A stretch of 64,000 bases of DNA from Azolla caroliniana. Its lineage: Eukaryota > Plantae > Polypodiophyta. The stretch covers positions 5,890,001 to 5,954,000 of the forward strand of contig JBHGNT010000003.1 in NCBI GenBank assembly GCA_043228905.1. The letters run 5' to 3'. The notes under the pieces were generated by a model that ran no database searches, was not told where the DNA came from, and saw nothing but the letters and a program-made list of their open reading frames with translations. Shown here piece after piece: positions 27,301 through 40,092 of the stretch. The first letter of the stretch is position 1, and each line of letters opens with the position of its first letter. The position numbers and the translations under genes are program-made.

Positions 27301-29111
27301 TCATCAAGGTCATTGATAAATCCTCATGTTTACTTTTCATTATTCTAATTTATGTATACCAAAGGGAAGAGAATTGAGCACACAAGAGACACCACCAATT
27401 GGTTGTCAAAGGACAACAAATTAGAAGATCAAACATAAAAGTGGGAAAATAAGAACATTACTTAAGTGACCGAATAATGGCCACAATTAGGAACAAGGAA
27501 CGATAGGGAGGCACAATCGTTACCCAAGTGAGAGAGCAAAGATAAAAAGGAGCAGCAAGGATTAATTGACACACCAAATTGGAGGAGTGAGCATGCATGA
27601 TCTATGTAGCATCAAGCACATAGTAGCCACGAGAACATGGGTAGGGCCCCCCAATGTGTACCCTGAAGGATGTATGTTGCATTGCAAATGGACCTCATCA
27701 CATTGGTTGAATAAACTATCATAATCGTCACTCATGAGGTAGGAGCTTGACAATGTGCACATTAATGGTATTGGATCTCTTGGAGAAGAGGTTCATGAAG
27801 CTCCTCGTTTACTCATTTCATCTTATCAAGGCCATCAATATTGCGAGAGTGGTGACGATCTTGATGTAGTGGATCACAATCTTGTAGGAGGCCATTCTAG
27901 TGGAATTCTTATCCACCAACGTTTTTGGTCGTCAAGAGAATGGAAAGCTTAACGCTTCATATCTCCTTGTTTTCTTATTCTAGATGTCTAAACTCCTGAT
28001 TTTCTTGTTCTACATCACATGTTAATCCTAGAACATAGCTTTCCCACTATGGTTCTTATTAGGCAGTTTTTATTAGGGAATTTCCAAGGCACTCAATTAA
28101 GCATGTCAACAAATGTTTTCATTCTTGGGGCCCAATACCTAAATATGTGATACTGCAAATTGGATGCAAATATGAACTTCTTGTGCTAAATTATTTGTGT
28201 TGTTTCATTCTTCCCCTATTATTTAATTCATCAAAAAAGAAAGTGGGAACTTGGTATCTTAAAAGAAAATAATTCCCCAAAAAGGTTAATGAATGAGTGT
28301 TAGGCTCTAGTAGATGCCCATATGTTCTTGATCAATCTCAACGTTTCCTCAATTCCTTTTTGTAAACCTCGAAGTGTAATGTTTACTCCATATGGAAATT
28401 CATCCAAGTATGATGCATAAACATTATGTTTATCAAAGTCTTTAGATATGCACGTATGATTTAACAATTTGCAGTAAAGGTGACTCCAACGTGTATGGAG
28501 ATTCATCATCTCAAACTTAATGCATTCCCCATTGGCAAACTAATTAGTCAACATCAGCCTGTGTCGAAAAACGGATCCTTACAATGGCAACCATGTGATA
28601 TCATTCAAAAAATACATCTTCATACAAGAAAGGTATTTATTTACCCGTTGGTCTTTACTTCTACTAAAATCCATCAGCACATGTCCAGAATCACTAGACT
28701 ACTTTGATGATAAAAGACAGCCATTTTTGGTGATTGAACGCCACTTGATCAAGTACATATCGCATTCTTTACAAAAGTTCACATAATTGCCTCTTGCACA
28801 ACCTTGGTGTATGGAACATACAAAGATCATATATTTGAAATCACTGATTTGCCCATCAAATGTTGTATATTAGAATAGACCTTTTCCATTGGCCTGATGG
28901 AGGACTACTATACAGTTTTACGATTATAATAAAAACACAGGCAGATACAACATTGGCAAGTTGTATTGTAAATTCTCTCGGCCAAGAGGAAGATATAACT
29001 ATAACGACAACCTTATTGTTGAGCTAAATTCCATGCCTAAGAAAGCATGATGGATGTAATGTGTGAAAAAGAACCTCATTGATGCCATTTTATGGGAAGT
29101 TCAACAGATTT

Positions 29112-31788
29112 TTAGGCGTAATCACCAGTCACAACGGAATTGATACCATAGGGGTTTGAGAAACTTGCAAAAAACTTGGATTCCGGATTAATTGGGTTAT
29201 TACTTCCACCCAACGTAGTAGATTGCCCTAATTGAGAAGAGTTCCTTTTCAAGTAAGGGCCCATCATTTCCATCCTGAAATAAAATGGAAATTTCCACAT
29301 CAGAACCTATGCTAGTAAACCATGTTCCCAGTTCAGGACTACATTTTCCTTTTCTTTTTATCTCAAAATGACATTTATATATACCTCTCTTTGCGCCTCT
29401 CGAGGAAACGTGCTAATGAAGCTTTTCTAGCTTGAGGTAAAGCTGGAGATCAAAGTACAAAGGAAACCATAAGTAAGAATGGTGCACATAACGTATGTGC
29501 ATCTGTACATCTATAGATAAAAGATAAGATAGATAGATAGATAGATCAGATATGCAATCTAATACACCGTACCTCGAGGAACCATGAGCTGAGGGTTTGA
29601 GTCTGAACATGGTGTGCTTGGTGTGGAACACTCAGCAAGATGGTGGCAGTGGTTCTTGGTAGGAAGAGAGCTTCGGCTAACTTGATCGGTGGCAATATTA
29701 TAATGATTGTGGCATATCTGTCCACAAAAATGCATGTGCTCTGCATTCCCTATCGCATGTGTGGCTAAAGGATGTCCTGGAGTTGAATCTCGAAGTAATC
29801 CACTGGCATCTGTTGGCCATATTGCATTTCCATTAGCTGCCAAATTCATGATTGTTTGGGCCTGCAATAATTCACAATTATATGCTTTTAATACATATGA
29901 ATAGCTCGTAGCCGTGCAAATGATTGTAAGCCCTACAAATTGATAGGAGAAACTCTCAAATACCCTTGAGTTTTATGTATTCCTCCCAAGGGGGGTTTCA
30001 GCAATCGCATTTTGGGAGATATTGAATTTTGACTCAACTTAGAAATAAATAAAAAACTCAGGGGTATTTAAGATTTTTCCCCTAAATTCAAACATGTTGA
30101 AGAAATAAAACTAAATCAAGAAACAGATCTGTATGTATATCTACATCCTATTAGGAAAACAAATTAGAAGACAACAAATGCATATATACCTTGCCAATAG
30201 GAACATCGTCATACACATTGATATTGCCCGCATAGAATATAGTGAGCTGACCACCAGTTTGCTTAGGATAGCTTATTTGAGAAGAAGCATGCGGTCTGGA
30301 GATGATAGCAAGAATTAACCCTCATGTGAATATATGGTCTCTAAAGGTAACATCATTGGCAACCACAAGGAAAAAGAAAAAATTTGCAGTAATGCAGAAT
30401 AATCATAGGATTTGGAATACCTTGAAGCAGAATTAGGCACGTGAACAGATTGGCTATCTGCACTCCCTTCCATGTATTTTTCTTCAAAGGAACTTCTAAG
30501 AGCCATTAACTGTTGCAAAGTGTTGCGTTCAATCTTCCATCTCGGATCATTTAAGCCTAGAAGTAGTTGAAATATCAATTAAGATCAGATGAGCTATTAA
30601 AACAATAAAAATGAACAAAAAATACATGGATTTTTGACATGTTTGTCATACAATCAGGTCAAAGAGAATATATACAATGAGATGCGTAACAAATTACATT
30701 GACTTTTTCTTATAGTTAGTACACAATATTACATCAGGAGACATTTCGTATAAATCTAGCAGTATTGACCATCTCTTGCTGTGGATCATATAATGACCAC
30801 AACTGTAATTGACAACTTCATTAATATATCATATTGTGAGAGAGAAGAAACCATCATTTTTTCTGGATCTTGACTTTTACTAGTTTGCTGTTTAGATCAT
30901 AAACTATCAAAATGGAGGAGAATAATATCATTTTCCCGGTCTTAATTAGCTTTAGTTCTGCATTTAGAGCATAAACTATCAAAATGGAGGAGAATAATAT
31001 CATTTCCTGTCATTCTGACTTTCTTTACTTCTGTGTTTAAAGCATAAACCATCAAAATGGAGGAGAATTATATCATTTTGTCTTAACTTCCTTTCGTTTG
31101 ATGTTTAGAGAATAGAGTATCAGTAGGAAAAGAAAGATATTTACACATTCCGCTACTTCTGTCAGGACCATAGTTAGGTATTATACTGGAAACGAAAATG
31201 ATCCTCTCTCACACTAGTTTGAGATTTGGGATCATGAACTACCATAGTGGAAATGGAGCACATTCTTTTTCTCCGTCTTAGCCTCGGGTAGGGAGAATAA
31301 TCTATGATCATAAGGGAAAGGAAAATTTATCCTTTTCTCTGTCTTAGCTTCAACTAGTTTGCTGTTTGAAGGATAAGTTACACAAACGGAAAGGAGAAAA
31401 CTTTCATTTTTCTGTATCTTCCAACTAATTTTCAGTCTGGTTGATGACAATGCAGCGTTAACGCAAGAGAAATTTACCATTTCTCTATGTCGCTAACAGT
31501 AAGGAAAGCTGTCATAACGGAACAGAAAGCTACACTCCGTTCTGGCTTAACTTTATCTAGTTAATTGATTGTTGGAAGATTAACTTAACGTGGCGAAAGA
31601 TGAATACCTGCCAAAGCCGCGTTAGTAGCGGTTCCAGAAGGATTAGGCAATCCATTAACTGTCACAGATCCGATCCAAGGAGAAGTGTGTTGAGTATGAT
31701 CTTCTACTCTGTCTTCTTCTCTTTGTCGACAGTTCGTGTGGATCATGGCCGTAGTGCCAAGGCCAAGAAAGTCGCGCGTGAAGACCAT
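29112..31788 (-). CDS. JAZ: JAZ (jasmonate ZIM-domain / TIFY family) transcriptional repressor, 6 exons, ~310 aa
   Basis: Exons 31788-31608, 30556-30421, 30295-30190, 29861-29573, 29442-29385, 29274-29112 (933 nt, GT-AG, in frame). N-terminal RDFLGL motif (as in JAZ3/4/9-type), ZIM domain QLTIFYAGNINVYDDVPIGKAQTIMNLA, Jas motif ALPQARKASLARFLERRKER|MEMMGPY. Confidence 0.95.
30898..31080. repeat. Three ~72-bp tandem repeats in JAZ intron 1
   Basis: cataaac[t/c]atcaaaatggaggagaat[a/t]atatcattt recurs at ~30898, ~30970 and ~31042. Confidence 0.75.
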
Positions 31789-32190
31789 TTGGACTGAAGA
31801 TATAGAAGAAGAAAGGAGTATCCAAATCTTACGCGGAGGGTTAGCAGCAGCAGAAGAAGAAGAAGAACGACAACGACCACGGCGGTAATGAAGAAGAAAG
31901 ACAGGAACCTTGAAAGGTCAAGGCTATGGCTAGGAAAGGCAGGAAATGCTTTTTAAGGTTTGAGGAATGAGATCCACACAAGGAGAAGGAGGAGGGGGAG
32001 GAGAAGTAAGCTAGAGTTAGGGTTAAAGAGAATTAGGGTTAGACGAGGAGAAGGTACGAAGGAGTCTTTAACAGAGAAGAAGAAGAAGGGCGGAGACAGA
32101 GAGAGAGAGAGAGAGAGAGGGAGGGAGGCGTAATGGTCACGGGTAGCTGTACTTAGCACACGATGGTGACCGGTCTGGCCGGTTCCTCAC

Positions 32191-32413
32191 CACGTGGTGC
32201 AAAAACTTCCTTCTCTTGTCTTTCAACCGGACAAGCCGGTAATTTCCGGATCTGACCGGCGTGGACCCCACTCCCACGCGCCATTTCCCCCCCCCCCCAT
32301 TCATGGCCATGGTCATTTCCACGTGTCAGTGCCACGTGTCATTAAGACGCTGCGCTTGCGCCGGCCTTATTCATTGCACGTGACCCACTTCGCGGTCGCA
32401 TTTTTAGCACGTG
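32191..32413 (-). promoter_or_regulatory. Cluster of five G-boxes (CACGTG) upstream of JAZ
   Basis: CACGTG at 32191, 32320, 32333, 32377 and 32408, 400-625 bp upstream of the JAZ ATG. The G-box is the established MYC2-type bHLH site in JAZ promoters. Confidence 0.75.
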
Positions 32414-33349
32414 GTCTTTTCCATGCTCTTTTTATTTTTTGGCTTCTTTTCCTTCTTTCTCTTTCTGGATATTTTTCCTTTTCCTTTTTACTTTTGTCTT
32501 TTTCCTTCTTCTTTGCTTTTTGCTTTTTTGCATTTGGTTGGTGTTGTGATGCATGCATTTTGCATTGCATTGTTCACATGTGTCTCTTGTTCCTGAGAAG
32601 CTCGATCATGCGCCTTGTAGTACTATCACCGGTCTACATTCTAGTGTGTGTCTCCGTCTCGTATTATCATAGCTATGTGTTGCATGCATTTGATTATGTG
32701 TCTCCTATTTGTCTCTTGTTCCTCAAATGTCCGATTATGTGTCTAGTATCTCCAGTCTTGATATATTGGTCTCCCAACAAAAAGTGTTTCGGTCGTCCAA
32801 ATAGGTGTCTAGTATCGCTAGTCCTTATTTATCGGTCTCCCAGCATGTTGTTGTTCGGCTGTCAGAAAGAAGTTCGTGCACACAAATTGACCCCTTACTT
32901 TCACACATTGCTTTGTTATTTTACCATGCATCGGTTCTCCTAGAACTACACGATGCCACCTTGACATATTGAAAGCAATAACCTCACAGTCTCCCAATAA
33001 ACAAATCCTCTCTCTCTCTCTCTCTCCCAATTGTTATTGGCTTGGTGCTTATATCGATGCATTGAAGTCATAAAGTTGAGAAAATCCAAGTTTGATCCTT
33101 GTCATGGCCTCAACCATGTTCCACATACAACAATCAACAATCAATCACCAGTGACTGTTAAAAATCTTTATTGTAGTATGTAGTGGACATGAAAAAAATC
33201 CTTTTCATGGCCTCCAATGGATGTTAAAAAGATGTTTACTTCTCTATCCAATAATCATTAGCAAAACCCATTAGCAAAAGATGTTTTCAAAGTCTTGTGT
33301 GACATCTATACACAAACACAATGTTGTGTGTTGGTGTAAATGTTAAAAT

Positions 33350-33389
<40 letters not shown>

Positions 33390-35049
33390 AATCAACTTAC
33401 CCTAGTGGACTAGAACTATGTCTTCCCTTCAAAGCCCAAATTTCTCACATCTCTATTACTCCATAGATGTCTCTTAATTCACCGTATGCCACTTTGGAAT
33501 ATAGGGGTTGAACCCATGACCTGGTCTCCATTGGGCAACCTTGCTAACTGAGATATTAATCTCCCTCCCTCCCTCTCTCTCCCCCCAAAAAGGAAAATCA
33601 TTCAAAAAACTTGTTTTTTTATGCTTTCTTTAATGTTCTAAAAGTCTCGCTTGGCACTACACATATAAACATTGTGTTTTGTTCTTGTTATTTAGATACA
33701 TTAATTGGTTTCCCATTCATTGCCATGTTGTTAGCATTATGACCTTTTCATTGTGTTGAATCTTTATAACATTGGTTAGATGCACTTCAATTGGCGTGAC
33801 ATCCATGTCCGCAACGAAACGTGACATCTTTTCCTTGTCGAACATAGTTTCCTTGCTTGTGCATGTGATCCATTGTCATAGTTTTCTTGTAGAGTATTGA
33901 TGTGAGATGGGGTTGATTTTTTAAATTCACTATATATGCATGTGCTCTATTTAATATATCTTTATTAGGTCCCCTAGTGTAGAACTAAATTATTATTTCT
34001 CCATGCCACATGTTTTCTTGGTCTACCGCCAATAAGAAGATCAATAAAGTTGTGTTGAGATTCGAATCCCATTGAGTCATGAAATTCTTTTTATTTTATT
34101 GTAAGTTAACACGTTGCCCCCCCTCCTTCTTGTATGTGGCTCACGAACAATCATCTTTTAAAGAAATATAGTATTCTACTGTTAAAAGATGTCAATTTCA
34201 TTTAAAAAACTAGTTCGTGTAGAGAAACATGTTGAAATTAGATCAAGGATAAACGGTTGAGATAATACAAGTAAAAATATAGTAACTCTTATTTTTGTGA
34301 GCCCTACACATGTCTGTAGCCATATGTATTTTGTCATACTCATGAATGGATATGGGCAAATATTGTTCAATGGTTCGCGCACTATTGATTGCCTCTTCAA
34401 GGATCCACTGTTTTATATAGTTATTTTAACTTTATGGGTGCCCCATAAGCATATGAAGCCAAAGGGAACAACATCACATGTGTTTTATAACACCGCTAGA
34501 GGTCAAATTATATTGAGCCCCACAAGTATGTGTGTGGAAAGGTAACGTGGATATGTGTTCACACAACCCACTCTAGTCATTTATAACTAGACAACTTGAC
34601 TTTCATTCAAATCTTTGCGCATGTCTCTTTCTTTGTCTGATAATTTTCGTTGTATTGTTACCACACAATGTGGATAAGCTTGAATGTGAGCTAAGTTATA
34701 TGGTTATACCCCTCTCATTCAAGGTGTAATTGTAGCAATATTCATATGGCTATGTTGAGGTGGAAGGCTCTTGATATGTTATAAGAGCATAAATAATTGG
34801 AGGACGTCTATGCTGAATTTGGGTTGTATGAGGCTCACATGGAGAGTATGCGTTCGGGTAATGCTATGCGCATCGAATGATGTGGTGTTTTGGAGTTGTT
34901 TTTGTTGTTTCCTCTACACATATTGTTTTCTTTTGACATGAAAGATGGCTTGTAAGATATGAGTTGTAAATTATCCTATGTACATTGCCTTAACTAATGG
35001 AAGTAGTTTTTATTTTTTGGAAAGTCTCTAACATCGTCTTGATTGTTCT

Positions 35050-35567
35050 ACGAGACCTTGAGTGGTTGGAAATACACATAAATTATTGGCTTAAAATTTT
35101 GTGCGTTAGCGGATCATCTATTTTTAGAAGAGGGATAAGCCCGATGTTAGAGAATAAATGAAAATAGAAATCATGAAATAAATATTACTATAAGTTGAAA
35201 TAACCATAAAACAAGAAAAAAAAATGTATAAACCAAGGCTCAAAAGCTTTGAAAGAAGAAACGTTGTTTGTATCATGTCATACAAATATTACATAATCAA
35301 TAGATAATAACGTAATATTGATTTTGTAATATTTGTATGACATGATACAAACAACGTTTCTTCTTTCAAAGCTTTTGAGCCTTGGTTTATACATTTTTTT
35401 TTTTGGTTTTATGGTTATTTCAACTTATAGTAATATTTATTTCATGATTTCTATTTTCATTTATTCTCTAACATCGGGTTATCCCTCTTCTAAAAATAGA
35501 TGATCCGCTAACGCACAAAATTTTAAGCCAATAATTTATGTGTATTTCCAACCACTCAAGGTTTCGT
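35050..35567. repeat. Long near-perfect inverted repeat (foldback): ~250-bp arms, ~13-nt loop
   Basis: 35050-35302 is the reverse complement of 35316-35567 with only a few mismatches/indels; no TSD or known TIR motif found. Confidence 0.92.
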
Positions 35568-36704
35568 TTATAAGTATGTCTAAGGCAATGAATTGTGTTC
35601 AATTGTTGGGTTTTAATGGTGAGTTGTAAAGCCATGTTCTTAGGAGTAAAATAATGTCTTGAATTATTTATAAAGACGTATTTCTAGGAGAGAATTATTA
35701 GTGTGCATGACCTCAATTTGAAAACAAAACAATTTTAATCTTTAGTTCTTATTACTTAAATCCATATCATTCCTTACAAAGCACAAGCTTTAGCCCAACA
35801 CAATTATGTTCATACATGTCCTCAAAGATATCAAATTTCTTTTTTGTGAAGGGATACAAACAATAAATTATTGGTTGGTGTGGGTGTTGCAATTCTCTTT
35901 TGTATGAAATTGTATGAAGGCAATCCTATGAGAGAAAACAAATATGGGCATGAATTTGTTTCGTATAGAGATTTCAAACGAGGAGAAGACCATTAGTCGC
36001 TCACTCATGCACTCTCCTTCATCTTCAAATCTCAAGACCCTAAAGTCTCTTCATATTCATAGTTTTTATCCTTTCTTTGATGCCCTAAAGTCTCTTTATA
36101 TTCATAGTTTTTATGAGCACAACATTTTCATTCAAGACCAAGTTTCCAAACTTCTACTTGTCCTTTAACATTGAGAACGATTACCATAAACAAGGTATCA
36201 CATGGGAGAACAATGTCACCACCAAACATTTGATGGGGTCCTTCAAGTAAGCACATGAAGTAGGCAATGACATATCATCAACAAAAGAAAGATATTTAGA
36301 GATTTGAATATATCTATAAAAACAATTGAGTTTTGTCCTCTTCATGGGTTCTCATTAATTTAAAATTGTTACATTTCGAGTAGACATTACATCCATCAAA
36401 AGGGTTGAAGATTATGTCGTTGAAAAAGGATGATCCACGCAACGATGAGTATGTCATAAAATTGGATACATGAGGAGTGAGATATGTGAAGTTATGTTCA
36501 TGTTGTCTTCACATACCATGACACACTTTTATTGTGTGTGTTTTCCATTCATACAAAATAATATTGCATTATGCCTCAACCCTAGCTAGCAATGTAGGAA
36601 GGGTAAAAATGTAATGGTGATTACCACACTTGGTTAAGACATTGTATGTTACATTTTTTGAATAATAGTTGTGTTACTATCATATTAAGGAGGTGGGATC
36701 ACGA

Positions 36705-36954
36705 TAGGGATCGGCAACGGTTCGGTTTAGGCTTAGCCGGTTTGGCCTGATCCAAGCCAAACCGGCTAAGCCTAAACCGTTTACGAGATCTCAAACCTGA
36801 GCCGAGCCGAGCCGGTTCACAAACCGGTTTGGTAAACGGGCTTGTAAACCGGTTTAGAAACCTCCCTCCCTCCCTCTCTCTCTCTCCCTACCTCCCTCTC
36901 TCTCTAAGATGATCCACTATATACTATATAGTATACATTGTACAAGCTCTCCCT

Positions 36955-36995
<41 letters not shown>

Positions 36996-37373
36996 TAGAT
37001 GTTGTCTCCCTCCCTCCCTCTCTCTCTCCCTTCTATGTAGTTCCTCTCTCTCTCTCTCTCTCCTTATATGTTGTCTCCCTCCCTCTCTCTCTCTCTCTCT
37101 CCTCGTCTGTGTAGTCTCCCTCCCTCTCTCTCTCTCTCTCCACGTCTGTGTAGTTCTCCCTCCCTCACTCTCACTCTCTCTCTTTCCCCTTGTCTATTGT
37201 CTCTCTCCCCCTCTCTCTAAAGTTTGTAAACGGTTTAGCCGGTTTGGCGAGGCTCAAGCCAAGCCAAGCTCAAACCGTTAAGGCAAGTTCAAGCCTAAAC
37301 CGAGCCGCTAAGCCGTTTTCAAGCCGGCTAAGCCCAACGGTTTAGGCTTGAGCCGAGCCGTTGCCAATCCCTA
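36705..37373. mobile_element. Non-autonomous hAT-superfamily DNA transposon (669 bp)
   Basis: TIRs TAGGGATCGGCAACGG / CCGTTGCCAATCCCTA (15/16 match); perfect 8-bp TSD GATCACGA (36697-36704 / 37374-37381); dense subterminal AAACCG/AGCCG motifs; CT-rich core. Confidence 0.92.
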
Positions 37374-39383
37374 GATCACGAGTAAGTTTTACACGAGAAT
37401 TTTGGTTTCAAAAGGTTCAGTGGATTTTCCCAACTAATTAAAATTTTGACATCGAATGAATCCTTAGTAGATTCATGACCTGTCAGATCAAGAAGCAGGA
37501 GCAGGTCCAAGTGCAGCGTCCGTTTCTCCCCTGCGCGATACTCCGCTCCATGACCTGATCACACCTCTGCCGTCTTAAGCCGCCAGCCTTCTTTGTTTCT
37601 GATTTCTTCGACTATTCTCCTTCTTTGTTTCTGATTTCTTCGGCCATGCTCTTCTCTTTCCTCGACTCTCTCCCCTCCCCCTTTTTCCGACTCTATAGAA
37701 GAAGAAGAAGAAGAAGAATTAATAATTTTAAATAATAATAAATGCATAAATTAATGTATAAGCTAAAAATAAAATAAAAAATACATGACTAAATAACTAT
37801 TTTTTAAAAAAAATCAATTAAAAAACATCTAAATAATTATAGAAAACTCTCATCGCCACAATCCAACACACACTTCACATTCGCTCATCAACAGGGAAAG
37901 CTCCAGGTGCAAGACTAGAACAACCTAGGTAATGCTCTCCTAGTTGAGATCATATTCACTAACGAGGAGATGTTGCTACTTGAGAAGGAGATAGACCTAG
38001 ACCGCATTGAGTAATAGTGGTCATAAGCTGTGTGATGGGAGCACGCCTGAACAAACGACTACTTCGAGATATGTTGCAAGTAAAATACCACTCACAAATA
38101 GGGGGAATAAGGGAAATGCAACCACTCAGTAAGGAGTAAGGGGTTTTATCAAATCTTCCTAGAGGACAAGGACTCCACAATGAAACTCATAGAAATGTCC
38201 CTCTGCCACGTTTGAAACACATGGATGTTTATGCGTAAATGAATACATGATTTTAACCCAATGGACGTCGCACAATAGGAGGACCCGATGAACAAAGTAA
38301 CGATGTTGTTTCCTAGTTTATCTCTGGAATACAACATGTGACTTCCCACTATTGGAAATTCCCTCAGAATGATGTTGGAGGTGGAACTAACGTTAGTAAA
38401 TAGGCTAAAGAATAATTTAGGCCCCACACCTGTGCAACTTTTAGTGCAGGACATTGATAAGCTTCCATCCAAAAATCCTCATTCCTGGTAAAAACGCACG
38501 TGTTTTGAACAACGAATAGAGATGATTGGCGCACTTGGGCAATGTTTCGAATGCAAACAATTTTGTCATGTAAAAATGAATTGCCCCATGAGAATGACCT
38601 CTCGAGAGGAGCAAGGGATGTATGGCACAAAGAACCCTACTTTGGTTGTTAAAGATTCCCCCTAGGAGGCCTTGGAAGGTCGTGACACCATAGGGCATAA
38701 GAATCCTCCCCCCCATGCCCCAATAAGGATCTAATGGAATGGCAAGCGGTGGGAAAAACCCACACCCTATGCAAAACACCACAATCACACAGTCCTCCCT
38801 CTCCTCTAAGTCCCAATCATTTTGATCTACTGCAAGAGGTCTTAGACCCATTGATGAACATTCCCCTACTACCTTCTCAAGCCCCAAGGAAACGCCTAAG
38901 GTGACAATAAGCACTCAAAAGAAAGTTCTAACTAAAGTTGGCAAAATAAGGACTCCAAGAAGGATAAGTCACGTTATGCCATTAATGAGGAGCTTTAGCA
39001 TGAATACATCAAATGGAGAAGCAACAAACAAGGTTGCTAGCCTGAATGGCACCCCTCAAATCATAGCCATACCAGATGTCATTGATCGTGATATCTCTAG
39101 CTAGTACACTAAACCACGCCTGCAAGAAGCCTAGAAATGGCTAGGAATATGACACAAGACAATGGACAAAATAAGAGTACACTTCTCGGTGGTGCAAAAT
39201 TGGATTGACAATGACCTCATTCTCTTTTTCATTATTGCTCCCAGTCCAGGAAACCTGGTCAAAGTCTAAGAATAAAGATACATTAAGTAGTCAAGCAACA
39301 TATTAACATATTTTGTAACAGGAACAAGTGATGAAGACCTCATGAATGAACTAAAGAAGAACCGGAATAACACAAAAAATTGG

Positions 39384-40092
39384 TGTACGATAAGGAGGAA
39401 CCTCACCTCTGTCACATTCACCTTCGGATTGTCCTAGACATTAAAAAAATACGGGATTTTACTATTTCTATGGGAAACAGGAAGGGGATGTTGACACTCC
39501 AGTGAATAGCTCAAAACTTCAACTCGTGGATGTTATCTGTGGGACAAAAGGCACGAGGTGTGGAAAGAATCTTAAAAAGTAAAATGTGAAAGGGTAGGAG
39601 TAGGTCAAGTATGAAAAGGAGAAACGAGCCGAGCACTGGCAACCGAGGAAAGTAAACCAAAATGCAAGCAGCCGTGAATAAAGGCCAAGAATTAGGAGGA
39701 AGTGACTGAAACACATAGGCTATATAAATCGTTAAGAAGTAGAAGGAAAGGGACACAAAAAATATCATGTTACGAGCCAGAGTGATAAAATCTAGGTTAG
39801 AAGACCTGTACTAAGAGAGAGAGTTATCGATTTATAATCTGTCTGTATTACCTCTTGTAATCTTCTCTATTTCATAGTTAATACATATACTATTTGGGTC
39901 ATCTCTGTGTCTGTCTCATCTAAATCCTATTTTTGATTATGTTATTTAACCTATAGGACGATGAGTGCAAATAAGTTGTAGTTGGTTATCGTGAATGGTT
40001 CGACCCTACCTTAATCTCCTACGCAACCACGATTCCTTGACCCGATTACTCAGGGGAGTAATCGAAGGTGTTTCTCCAAGAGGGAGATAACA
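39384..40092 (+). mobile_element. Possible solo LTR inserted in the LINE
   Basis: LTR-like order of purine-rich U3, CTATATAAAT (~39720), TTGTAA and T-rich tail, similar in layout to the LTR at 61098-61730. Ends and TSD not resolved. Confidence 0.35.

Noticed and set aside
9237-31788. Functional clustering of AAH and JAZ
   Set aside because: Unrelated pathways, convergent orientation, separated by transposons; nothing in the sequence indicates co-regulation.
32194-32943. 249-aa hydrophobic ORF opposite the JAZ promoter
   Set aside because: Arises from T-rich low-complexity sequence (F/L/S/C rich); no domain motif or splice support.
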